Assembly (NCBI GenBank): GCA_964247055.1 | Contig: OZ176052.1 | Location: 8,122,001-8,186,000, forward strand | Direction of reading: 5' to 3' | DNA length: 64,000 nt | DNA from: Paragordius varius | Lineage: Eukaryota; Animalia; Nematomorpha | In this document: positions 36,246-55,734 of the stretch, one piece after another | Layout: the number at the start of each line of letters is the position of its first letter | How positions within the stretch are numbered: the first letter of the stretch is position 1 | Made by a program: the position numbers and the translations under genes | Notes under the pieces: generated by a model | Database searches by the model: none | Told to the model about the DNA's origin: nothing | Seen by the model: only the letters and a program-made list of their open reading frames with translations

Positions 36246-39200
36246 TTATTTTTTTTCGACTCTAGGAATGTAGGAATTAACTTTTGCCATTTCATGATTA
36301 TTAGGTTTAATTGGCGATCTTTTGGATCGAATTTTTGTTGGAACACTAGAAATAGTACATCTGCCCAGTTTAAAGCGTTGAAAATTGGAGTTATTGATTG
36401 ATTGTATTTTTGAGGGTTGTTGCGTTATAAGTTGAGGACTTGAAACAATCGATGTTTTTGCTTTTGAGTTTACGGAAAAAAATAACTTCTTAAGTCCGTT
36501 ATTTGATGACGATGATCTTTCAGCACAGCTATTAGGAACAAAATAATTTTTTGGATTTAGGGTACTTTCCATCTTAGTAAAAGTTCGTTGTTTGACTAGA
36601 GTCGTGGGAAAAACCATTTCATTCCCACTTTCAACAGAATTCTTAAATAACGTATCTCCTTTATCTTGTTTAATTTCATCTAACGTTTGGGTGTGGGCAT
36701 TAAAACTATTAAAAGTTGGTTTAGGCATTCGATAGGTATCAAAAGTTCGAATAGGTGAATTATTCATTGAAGAAAAATTTGATGTATTAATTAATTCATT
36801 GGATACTAAAGAAAGTCTTTCATTCCCAATAAATTTTTTGGATGAGACCATGAAAAGCGAATCTTTAGATGTTGTGAAGGATGCACAACTAGAGCTTGGC
36901 ATGCTAGAAACAAGAAAATCTGTCCCTGCATTTTTAAGCGAGTTCAATGGTCTTGTATTAGTGGCACCCAGTGTCGTTGTAATTATTTCTCCTACATTAG
37001 TGTTCATCGTTTGCATCGAAGGTCTAAGAGGTGACTTGATATGCAAAAGAGATGAATGTGACATATGGTCTGAATCTGATATCAAATCTAACGTTTCAGT
37101 TTCAATTCCAATAAATTTATCTGAAACCAAGGAGCCAAACATAGAACCAGCTAACTCATTTTGAGGCTTATCTCTTGCTAAATTATGGTTTTGAGGAAAT
37201 TCCACATGATTAGTTTCGGTCGTTGTATCATTAGATAAAACCGTTGTTAGCATATGCATATTAGATTGAGGATCTACATTAGTCGGCATTGCCGATTGAA
37301 TACATTGATCAAGAATATCCTTGTCGAGTGGAGATGGATCAGAAGTTAGAGATTCCTGACTACCGGATCTAGTAATTGGAAGATTTGATTGATTAGTTTC
37401 ATAGTTTTGACTATTAATATCATGCGTTTCCTCAGCAATCCTTTGCCCATCATCATTAAAATTTATGAGTGGACTTAATGCTTCGAACGAAGTCTGTTTC
37501 GAAAAAATTAAGGGTGTATTTTCAATATTAAAAACTTTGCAGGAGTCATCATTTAACATGGGTAATGGTTCCATCAATGTCGACTGATCATTATTTTGTT
37601 TTTCATTCGTTGGGATTTTATTGTCAGTGACCGAAATAAAGGATCGTATCAAATGCTGAGGTGCTATAAAAAATTCATCCTCCAATTCATCGTGTTTGAA
37701 TTTATTCGTATTGATATCATTACCGCTATTATTACAGTTATCGTTATAATAGGTGCTAGAAGCTTTATTATACTCGTTTGTATTAAAAGATATTATATTG
37801 CAGTCCGTTTTATCTGTATTAACAGAAAGTAATGATGAATGCTTCGAAAAAACCGCCGGTGTACCCTCTATCTGATATATCTTAACATATTCTTGATTGG
37901 AGTCATTTATATTTGCCAATTTTTCACAAAAATTTAAATCACTTTTAGGTAATGTTGTGCTAGTTTGCGCGCTTTTGGGAACGTTTTGAAAATTGGTTGG
38001 AGAATTGCAACGAGATCCATGGTACGGTGTATCTTCTGTGGCAAAACGTGTAACAGCATCTGCGGATGATGGTTGGTAATATGTTGAAGAATCTTTTTGC
38101 CTCTCTACTAAATAAAAAGAAAGTAAAAAAATATGTTAATATATAGAAGTAATTAAAGGAATAAAATTATGGTAACTAAAAAGATTTGATATTAAATACT
38201 TATGCCATTATTTTACCTTGTTCAACATTAATTTTATCTAAGGAAACATTGAATGGCGTTCCTTCCGTGGCAAATGATTGAATGTTATCTTGGTAACAAA
38301 CAAAATTAACGTTAGTTGATTCAGTTTTTTCCACATTTTGTGCATCAAAAGCATTAACTTCTCCCAAATTTTCCGAGCGGGATATAGGCAAAGATAAATT
38401 TAAATTAGAATCTCTTTGTGTCAAAGATCCTAAAATAAGAAAAAAAGTTATTATATACTAATAGTATTTATTTTTTTTTCGTTGTTAAGTTATAACCTTC
38501 ATTAAGCTGTGCCGATTCGTGAGGATCTTGTAAATGGCTTAAACTACTGTATTGAGTGGAAAAAACTCCAGGTGTGTTTTCTGTGGCAAAATATTTAAGG
38601 GAATTCATATCGGTCGTCGTCATATCAAATGTTGTTTTTTCACACATTTCATCATATTCATTAGTTTTGTTGCTTACTAAAAGGCGTCCTTCTACAAGGG
38701 ATGACTCAAAGCAGGCCTGTTTAGAAACAAGGGAATTATTATCACTTTCAAAAATGGTTTCCTTGCCAGGAATTTTTGGGTTTGATAATAATTTTATAGG
38801 AGGTGGTGAAGGACACGAACTTGGAATCAGGCTTTCTCTAACGGGCGATAAATTATGTAATTCTGTTTCCGAAATTTCAGAGGATACATCATAATTTACT
38901 TTATTGAACTTTTGACCGTAACCTATGCAAAAAATTATCTAGATTAAAGGGCAAAAGGTAAATTTAGTGATAAGTATTTGACAGAAGCGTTACCACCTAA
39001 TAATAATAATAATAATATAACCCAATAAAATTAGGCATTTTTAACATATTCTAATTGATGAAATATATGGTAAAGTTTAAAATATAATTTAATTTAGAAA
39101 TTGAATACCTTCACATATTAAAGATTCGCAACTGCCCCCAGCAAAATCGTCAGCATCTTCATTGTTAGTGGATAGTGAAGAGATAGTACTTTGTCGGGAA

Positions 39201-42200
39201 AAAATTATGGGCGTTTCCATTACAGAACCATAAATAGTTGTTGCATTTGACATTTTACCATTAGTTATAGGATTGGTATTGCTATCATTATTTGGATATT
39301 GTTCACATATAGTTATGGGTGATGATAAGTCGCACATTTCTGACTTTGGTGCGCAAGTGGGTTTCTTAACCTGCATAGTGTTTTTAAATAAAAATATTAT
39401 ATTCCTCAATTATAATCTATATATTTATAAAAATGGAAAATGCTGGCTTTGTGATCTGGTACAGGAAAACCGGTAGACCCATTCAAATCCAAACATCGAA
39501 AAAATATAATCATTAATGAATGCCCCGACAATAGCTTCGCCCTTTTTTGAAATAGGCCCCCAGTTCGGGCCCACCCCGTGTGAAAAACGGTTTTTTTTTG
39601 AAAACAGAAGTCCACAAAAATGTGTCTTTGAGACAATTTTCTGGAGAACGTGTTGGTCCATTCTATTTCAAATATGATTTTTATTTAGTTATTTTCGATT
39701 GCGCCAAACATAGTCGAGTCACTTTTTTGATTTAGGCCCTCTTTTTACCCGCTCCCCCCGTAAAATGCCACCTTTTTCATAAAACAAAGTCCACAAAAAT
39801 ATTTTTTTAAATCTCTTTTTCGACCAAGACATGAGACCGTAAAAATTCATTATGGATTCCACGTATTCCCTGTTAAAAGGCAAAAATTTTAGCCAAGCGT
39901 TTCTTTGTTGATAGCTGCTGGGTAAGGAGCTACCCGCGAAAAACTGATTTCTCATGTAACTTTGTGATCTGTTTCCGGAAAACCGGTGAACCCATTCAAA
40001 TCCAAATATCAAAAAAATATAATCATTAATAAATGCCCCGACAATAGCTTCGCCCTTTTTTGGAATTAGGTCCCCAGTTCGGGCCTACCCCGTGTGAAAA
40101 ATGGGTAAGTCAATTTTTTGGAGAACGTGTTAGACCATTCAATTTCAAATATGATTTTTGTTTACTTATTTTTGATCGCGCTGAACATAGTAGACTCACT
40201 TTTTTGATTTAGGCCCTCTTTTTACCCGCTCCCCCTGTAAAATGCCATTTTTTCAAAAAACAAAGTCCACAAAAATAATTTTTTAAATCTATTTTTCCCC
40301 CAAGTAAACAATAAATTAGTATGAATGCACCGTTTTAAGATTCCTATGAGATCATAGCTATTAAATAATTTTTCAAAATAATCCACATATGTAGATCATT
40401 TTACTGTCCCTTTTTTCAAATAACCCCCCCCCCCCCAGAAGTCCGAAGGACTCCTCGGGCTACGCTAGTAATATTAATAAAATGTTAGATTAAATAAAAA
40501 TGTTAAAAACATATGCCAGTAGTAAAAAATTTAAAAAAAGTTGATATTTTAAATATTTAATCGTTTAGATTTTAATAGGGTTTCAAAAAAGTTTCAAATC
40601 CAAAAAAAATTTATATCCCGTTAAAATATATACCTCGTCAGTTTGGATCAATGTTTTATGATACAGGTAGAGATGATTTAAACTCATGGTTGAGTAATGA
40701 ACTAAAGCAGTATGCCTCGATTTAACCAATTTTGTAAGTAGCCAAGCAACGCCGCTGGTATAAAAACATTCATGTAACATCTTACACCAATTTTCCATTT
40801 TTTGTGGAGAAATTTGTAAAAACTTTTTTGCATCAAAATCTAAATTGTTTGGCGCATCAAACAATGTAGAATTAAGTGCGAAGAAAGTGTGGGAACATAT
40901 GTATAGCACAAGACTGGACATCAAAACAGCGCATAAATTTCCACTTTGTAATTGACGATATAATTGGTCAAACAGGTCATGCAATTCTATATCACAAAAT
41001 TGAAAGATATCACATGAATCCGTTTCAATTTTACCATCAATGATGGGATTTGTCTTAAGGTTATTGTCAGGTATGGCATCTTCTTGTTTACAGCTCATAA
41101 ACTTTTGCAAAAGAATTGCATTATTTGTTATTAGCGGGGTAAGCTTTTGCCAAAAAACAAGTGTGGTATGCATGAGCTTATTTCCACAATTTGGATATAG
41201 GGATATGACAATAGATTTTTTGATTAATTTATGGCCATCGTGAGAATTAATAAAAGTATTATGAAAGGTGTGATCAACCATGAGGTTTTGTAATATTTTT
41301 AATGTTGTTATAAATAAGGTATTGTCGGAATGATGGGATAAACTCTAATTTCATCAAATAAAAATATCCGTTTTAGGGTTAGCATTATAGGTTATAAACA
41401 TTACACTAAGCAGCAAATTTATCTGACAATTGAGTTTGCATTCCCGGATATTTATATCATTTTAACAGTAAATCTGAATAAAAAATTATGATACTTCCTA
41501 AGAACTTTTTATAATTTGATTTTTTATAATGCGCCCTCTTTTTCAAAATTTCTCTAAAAATATTTTTCTTTCAAAAATGCCCATTTGTTACATAACACTC
41601 TAAAGAGTAATAAAAACTCTATAAAATGCATATGATATGTTTCATCGATAGTTAATGTTGGAGATAGGGAGCGAAACACTCGCGAAGCGAGATCGTTTTT
41701 GTCAATAAATATATTTTTGAAACTAATGTAAGAAATAGCTCGTTACAAAAATGTTTCCTTGATTAAACACTAATTTATTGCTTTCATGTCATTTAAAAAC
41801 AGCCATTAATTTTTTAAAAATTACACTCTCATCAATATTAATTATTTTTAGGCTTATAATTTTAAAATTCCAAACACTACGAATAAAGTCTTAATCTTTT
41901 ATAACCTTTATGTAATAAATTTGCAGTTATACTTATGCATTTTGGGTAAAATAATTATAACAATTATTTTTATTGAAAAAGCAAACTAAAAGCTTTTTCA
42001 AAAATTTAAATTTTATACTAATGTAACACTAATTATTAAATTAAAAAAATTTATATGATTTTTGATCAGTTCGTCTGAGAAAATCTTTGACTAGTTTTAC
42101 CATTCGAAAGATTCAGTCCTTTGCGCTCCTTCGAATGTTTAAATAGATGGCTATATATCTTAATCTTTTAAATTTAAGAATTTTCAGTTTAATGTTAAAT

Positions 42201-44346
42201 CGGGGCCAATAATTTACAAACCTTAATAAATAAATCTTACGTGTAAACCAATTTTTTTTTAGATATCCAGGTACTTTGATGAGATAATTTTAAATTTACG
42301 AAAATGGCACTCTAAAAAAGTCAAAATTTGTTGTTTAACTTTATATTTTAATTATATTAATTAAAAATATGGCTAAATATAAAAAGCAAACACCTCTTTA
42401 AATGTATAAATTAAATTGCAATAAGCAATTAATTTTCTCATGTAATGAATAAGTAAAATACATTTCAAATTTATGAATCGATATGTAAAAAACCTCATTT
42501 GAAAAATTTTCTTTGCAGTTTTGCTTGGTAAAGGATACTAAACGAGGTATTAAATTTATCTTTGGAGATAACATGATCAAGTAAGTAGTTTGACTCAAAC
42601 GGACACTAGTCAAGTAAAATAATAGCACAAGGGATGCCTATTGCAAATATTAATTAAATGTATTTAGTTATAAAATTACTTTATGAATATATAATTTGAT
42701 CAAAACTTAAATTTTTCCATCAATGATAATTTTGGTAATAAAACTATAGCGATTTTGATTATAAATAAAAAATAATAATTTAACGGAGAGATAATGCACA
42801 TGTAATTGCTCAAAAACTGTGTCAAAAAAGGGGACGAACAATAAAAAAACTTAATTTAGGACAACTATAAGAAATAAATGGTTGTGGGCAAAAAAAGTTT
42901 TTGGCTTTTTTTAATAGTTTAATAAAAATATTTTTTTACTTTGATTGCCCATATATTTTTTTGCGAACATTAAAAATAACATTATCAAAATATACTTTAT
43001 AAAAAATTTTTTGAGGCATCGATAGTGTCAAAAGTGACAAATCTATAATTTAATACCATGAGGCCACATTTTATATACCAATTTCTTTTTTATTCTATTT
43101 CACCATATAACACAGGAGTGTCCAACACAAATGATTTCGCGGGCCGCATTCGCGATATATACCATCAATACAATTTTATAGATTTCAAACATAATGCGGT
43201 GTACAGTCCAATTTTTACTTGTTCATTGCCAAAATTTGGAAAAATTATTCACAAAATATGTTGAAGAGTATCAATTCTACTTAAATTTCTTATAATTGTG
43301 CAATTAAAATTTCTCGCGGGCTGCATAAATATTGGTCGCACGCTTTCCTAGACTTTATGTGCGGCTCTCGAAAATTTTTGAAGTCCATAAAATGGAAAGT
43401 ATGCTTACTAAATCTTAATAAAATAATATTTCTTTTACAATTTTCCTAAATGAATTTATCTACAGGAGGTATAAATCGCTATATTGTGTTTGGCTTATCT
43501 GTTAAATCGAACATATAATTTATAAATGCCCATATATATTCCGATTGCGCCCGCCAGATAGTCTAAACTGCGGCCCTCAAAGCCATTTGTGTGATACATC
43601 CCTGTAAAAATTAGGTTATGAGAGACCAATGAATTAAATACTATTTAAATAATAATTGGTCACCTCTGATAATTTTTTACGCAATGATTCACATAAATTT
43701 AAGAGTGTGATCAACGTTTCTTCAACAAGTAGAGACTCACATAAATCGATAATATTTGGAGGAGAATCATCAAGATAATGTTTTATCAAATCGGTTAAAA
43801 TGTAGCAAATTGTTAATTGAAATTGAAGAACAGTGCTTTCGTACTGTGTTTCGCACTTCCAATAGTTAGATAAATTGATAATGATTGGTAATAATAAGTA
43901 TAAGCCTAGAAATAATGTATGTTTAACCATTGTCGGAAATAAAATTATAATGATTGCTATTAATTTTTGATAAATTCGATAATTCATTTAATATTTCATA
44001 AACATTAATAATCTCCGAGGTATTCAGACATTTTTTATATAGTGATTTATATTTTTCTAAAATAGTTTTTTCGGCAGGTGAAACTGAGAGGTTAATTAAT
44101 TGTTCTAATCTTTTTAAAATCTCATGATCTCTTTTTAAATGCTCCGCACTTTGAATTAGTGAACCTAATAATTATCCTTTTAATACTTTTAAGATGACCT
44201 TTTAGCGTGTAATCATAAGGTATTTTTTTATGTATACCAAATTCTTTGGTCTTGATTTGAAGATTTACGACCATATGGAACCTATCCTGAGAGTTTTCAT
44301 CAAATGGCTTATAACAATTTATTAGATCTTGGGTTCTTGCAATCAC
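36246..44346 (-). CDS. APC: Adenomatous polyposis coli (APC) homolog, highly divergent, 5' end unresolved; exons ?-44187, 44164-43928, 43905-43664, 42637-42494, 41344-40634, 39370-39109, 38922-38497, 38429-38217, 38104-36246
   Basis: Several 20-aa beta-catenin-binding repeats (VMETPIIFSRQSTISSL, FATENTPGVFSTQYSSLSHL, YQIEGTPAVFSKHSSLLS, FNIENTPLIFSKQTSFEAL), a SAMP motif (ILDQCIQSAMP), and an ARM-like segment GVAWLLTKLVKSRHTALVHYSTMSLNHL. All listed junctions are phase-compatible. Confidence 0.85.
39416..40468 (+). mobile_element. Non-autonomous Helitron, copy 4 (complete), in an APC intron
   Basis: a|TCTATATATTTATAAAAATGG ... hairpin CCGAAGGACTCCTCGG, CTACGCTAG|t. A|T target. Internal duplication of the 5' module at 39445 and 39962. 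Confidence 0.92.
43113..43604. mobile_element. Degenerate hAT (Charlie-like) MITE; related pieces near 18.3-18.55 kb and 31.4-31.7 kb
   Basis: Ends CAGGAGTGTCC ... GATACATCCCTG with subterminal GCGGGCCGCA-type motifs. No TSD. Confidence 0.5.
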
Positions 44347-44590
44347 AATTATAAATAATACAGTTTATAGAATAATGGTTGTTATAAACATGAATCTTTC
44401 AAGCGTTTTCTATTGAAAAAGCTTATAATTGTAAACCTCATCATCTTATCCTAGCCGTCACTGGTATTAAAAATATATACACACTCTCCAAAATCAGTAT
44501 AAAATAATAACCTGATAAATATATAAATTGATAAGAAAAAATATCAGGATTATCATGATGGTTTTAGTTTTGGCCCTTACGAGTTATTAA

Positions 44591-45705
44591 CACTTCGATT
44601 CAAATTGGGGTATCTAAATACCCCAGACTAAATTTAAGTTAGTATTTTTAAAAAAACTAATGAAGGAAACGGTCCCAATTTAAATTAATGCTTCTACCCT
44701 AATAAAATTATATAAATATGGCAAAATATCCAAAAAAAATTTTGTTTTGAAAAAAAAGTTCCGTGTCAAACTACTTCGACTCCATTTAAATTTACAAAAT
44801 TTTTGCAAAATATCATCTTCATTAAAAACTTGGATACAACACATTCATCTTAGCCCTTCGATTCAAATTGGGGTAGTTAAATACCCCAGGCATGTTTAAA
44901 ATTAAATTCCTAAAAAATATGGAATGAATCAAAACCATGGCAAAATTTTGCACTTATATAATATTAATAAACCAAAATATGTAAAAAAATTTATTTAAAA
45001 ATACTTGATATTACTTATTTTAAACTAAAACCAAAAGGTAAAAATTTGATCAACGTGACATGTGTGCAATGATAAAATTAAAAAATAATACAAAATAAAC
45101 CGCTTTTTCTATTTCTATCAATGTTTGATATAATTTAACACTTCGATTCAAATTGGAGTGTCTAAATACCCTAGACTAAATTTAAATTAAATTTTTTAAA
45201 AAACTACTGGAGGAAACGGTCCCAATTTACATTTATGCTTCTATCCTGATAAATATTATATAAATATGCTAAAATATCTTGATAAAATTTTGTTTTGAAA
45301 AAAAAATTCCATCTCAAACTACTTCGACGCCATTTTTATTTTACAAAAATTTTGCAAAATATCGTCTTCATTTAATTTTAAGGGTAAAACTAAAGCTTAG
45401 TTTTTATATAAATTACATTTAACATTGACAGAAATAGAAAAAGCGGTTTATTTTGTATTATTTTTTAATTTTACAATTTGACACATGTCACGTGGACTAA
45501 ATTTTAACCTTTCAGTTTTACCTCAAAATAAGTAATATCAAGTATTTTTGAATATAAATTTTTTATATATTTCGGTTTATTAATGTTATATGGGTGCAAA
45601 ATTTTGCCATGGTTTCGAATACTTACATATTTTTAGAAAGTTTATTTTTAAACAGGCTTGGGGTATTGAATCGAAGGACTAAAATGAATGTGTTGTATCC
45701 AAGTG
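44591..45705. mobile_element. Composite of family-A piggyBac-like MITEs, including an intact copy at 45139-45705
   Basis: TTAA|CACTTCGATTC at 44591 and 45139; CCAAGTG|TTAA at 45705; an opposite-orientation half copy begins at about 44827. Confidence 0.85.
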
Positions 45706-47484
45706 TTAAAGAAAGTTATTTAAACATTTGTGGTAAGTATTCCATCTCAGAAAATGGCACAATTTGCGCAGATTTAAATAAATTTTTTAAAAAAGCTAGA
45801 GGCTTCATTTCAAAAAATATCACTAAATTAAATCAAAACTATATATAAAAAGCAAAGAAAAATTTTCAGTAAATTAGATGTAAACCCCGAAAGCCCCAAA
45901 TGTTTTAAAATAAGTTCTCTTAGAAAATAGAAAATGCCTAGATTGAGCGATAAAAACTTTTAATATATACTAAATTTTGATATCAAATGAATTTATGTTA
46001 AAAATAATACCTATTTATTTTAATATTTTTAGCAAAAATTTTTGAAGCCTAGTTTTTATTATTTCTGGGTATGATGAAAACTTTATATATATATATATAT
46101 ATATATACATATATGTTTTAGGAAAAAAACATTTTCTTCATAATTAGATGTTAAAACTGCAGAAATTAGATTTATAAATTTGTCCAAAAGATTATGATAA
46201 ATATAAATTGTGTTTTTACACAAAATTTAACAATATTTTAGGAGAAATGACTATTTAATTAAAAATTATGAAGCGATAGAAATTTTTAGCAGCATAAATA
46301 AAATTTTTTTACAATGTCTTAAAGTGTTTGTATACCGTTACCATACCTCAAACTAGTATGATGTCCGCTTTAACAAAATTTTCCTAATAATTAAATTTTT
46401 GAAATATTTTAAGTTGATATTAAACTTTAACATATTTGAAAATTTCCATCTCACAATTTTTAATGGGCCAAAAAATTTGTTACTTTCAGCGCATATATCG
46501 AAAAATTGAAATTTTAACACTCCATTACTTTTTGAGTTTTTTTCCGAAAACAATTCGAAATTTGAATATTTTACATAATATTTATGGTATTAAGCCAAAT
46601 TTAAAAATATGCTTTCTTTAGCCTTTTAGATGGATTATTATACAAAAAATACTTTATTGCCGCCATTTTTCCATAATTTTATTTTGAATCGCCAATGCAA
46701 CAAGCAAATAAATGTATATTATTGTTAGAAAATGTAAATAATTAACTTTGAGAAGCTTTCAGGCCTCATTTTGCCAGCTAAAACTGGATAACATTTCGTA
46801 ATTGTGTTTTGGAGCTGTCTCAAAGATTCTAGAAGGCACACTGTAACAAAATATAAGTTTTTATTAATTTATACAACAAGGTTAAGTAATTATTTATCTT
46901 AAATTAAAAAAAAAACTATACTATATTTACAAAATTGAGTAAATATACCTGTATGTAAACTAGGAAGAATGAAAAGGTATTGAAGTGTAAATAATATTGT
47001 TGAACATTTTATATATAGAAATCAACATATTTCAGTGAGGATTTTTGGAATGAAGTTGGCTTTTACTAATATATTTTATTTAAAAAAATATGAGCAAATT
47101 TTCCCATTTTGTGATATGGAGCAATCACCACAAAACTGTAAATAACTTTTCCTAAATTTTGTAAATCAAAAGGCACCGTGATAGTCTTGTTAGATTTTCC
47201 TATATATATTTTATTTTTTGTAACACTGATTTCGGATACAGTGTAGGTTACAAAACATTTCCAAAGATACAAAAAATTAAAAATGTAACAAATTGTTTAA
47301 AAAAATTACCGTATTTTATTTATATTTATAATTCTTAAGATCTAAAAACATATTTATTCCAAAAAACTTAAACAAAATAAAAATTTGAGGCTTTTTACAA
47401 CCTATGGGACCATAGATAGATAATACATAATTTTTATCGCATAACGGGAAAAGTATTTTGCACTTTTTATGATATCAATGGTTA

Positions 47485-48555
47485 ACTCGCAAATTGGGGG
47501 CATCTAAATACCCCCGAAAATATTTAAGTTGATATTTTTAAATATTACTGAAAGAAACGGTCCCAATTTAAGGTTATGCTTTCCAAATTGTATAAATAAG
47601 TCGAAATTCTTAAAAATATTTAATTTTGAAAAAATTTATATCAAACTAGTTCGGCGTCATATTTATTTTGCAATATATTTGCAAAATATCGTGTTTAATT
47701 TATTTTTACACTTGGAAACAACACATTCATTTTAGTCCTTCGATTCATATTGGGGTAGTTAAACACCCCAGGCCTGTTTAAAATTAAATTTAAAAAAATA
47801 TGGAAGGAATCAAAACCATGGCAAAATCTTGAACATATAGACATTAATAAACCAAAATATATGAAAAACTTTATTCAAAAATACTTGATATTACTTATAT
47901 TAAGCTAAAACCCGAAAGGTAAAAATTTAGTCAAAGTTATGCGTGCAATGGTAAAATTGAAAAATAATACAAAATTAACAGCTTTTTCTATTTCATTCAA
48001 TGTTGATGTAATTTAAATATAAAAAATTAGCATTAATTTTACCCTTAAAATTAAATAAAGACAATATTTTGCAAAAATTTTGAAAAATAAAAATGGCGTC
48101 GAAGTAGTTTGACATGGAAGTTTTTTTTTCAAAACAAAATTTTCATTGGATATTTTGGCATATTTATAAAATTTTTATTAGGATAGAAGTAGATATTTAG
48201 ATACTTCAATTTGAATCGAAGTGTTAAAGCCAAGATTAAAGTTATTTTATAAAATCACATCTAACATTGATTGATACATAAAAAGTGGTTTATTTTGTAT
48301 TTTTTTTAATTAAACTTAGCTAATGCACACATGTTATGTTGAATAAATCCTTGTGGTTTTACCTTAAATAAGTAATATCAAGTATTTTTGACGGAACTTT
48401 ATTTATTTAGGTTCATTAATATCATACGAATGCAAAATTTTACCATGGTTTCAATTCATTCCATATTTTTTGAATTATTTCATTTTTAACAGGCCTGGGG
48501 TATTCAACTACTCCAATCTGAATCGAAGACTGAAATAATGTGTTGTATCCAAGTG
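47485..48555. mobile_element. Family-A MITE (47709-48223) inserted in opposite orientation into an older copy of itself
   Basis: Order of halves is B(+) A(+) B(-) A(-); inner ends CACTTGGAAAC ... ATCGAAGTG|TTAA. Confidence 0.75.
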
Positions 48556-49140
48556 TTCAAGCCGCAAATAAAAAATATGCCATTAAATAGCAAATTGACT
48601 GCAAAGAATATTCGCACTTAAATTATGAGATCACAATGACTCAAAATGTTTAGGTATTTCACTTTGTGGGGGTTACTACTTTATTTGGTTATACTGTAAT
48701 TAAAATGTTTGACCTATTTAGTCATCATTATTTAGTATTTTTTTATTTTTTATGTTATGGACAAGCTGGATGAGCTACTATTTCAAATTATTGATTTATT
48801 TTTGTATATATAGGGTCTTTATTTAATGGCGTAAATGAATGACTAGACAGCGTACCTATAATTAGGATATAAGAATACCATGATGCTTGTTATATCCGTT
48901 TATCTACATTAGTAAAATCTTTATCATCTATCGCCTTATAATGTATTAATTTCATCCCTACATAATAAGTATATTGTAATAAAGGGTAGTCCCTATATAT
49001 TTCTTTTTCATTCTAGAATGCTTCTCTATTTTAACTTCTAATTTATATCATAGTTAATTTGTTTCTTTTTTTACATCCATTCTGTTCTCATCAAATATCT
49101 TAGAAAAAAACCTTTAAAAATAGTATAAAAATTCATTAAA

Positions 49141-55734
<6,594 letters not shown>

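Noticed and set aside
36140-36346. Extension of APC past its stop through an A8 homopolymer frameshift into the 68-aa ORF
   Set aside because: The extension is AT-rich F/Y/I sequence with no APC motif; it cannot be supported without read data.
41670-41700. Isolated hairpin CTCGCGAAGCGAG as a Helitron or Helentron end or an ncRNA
   Set aside because: No CTAG terminus and no identifiable partner end in the window.
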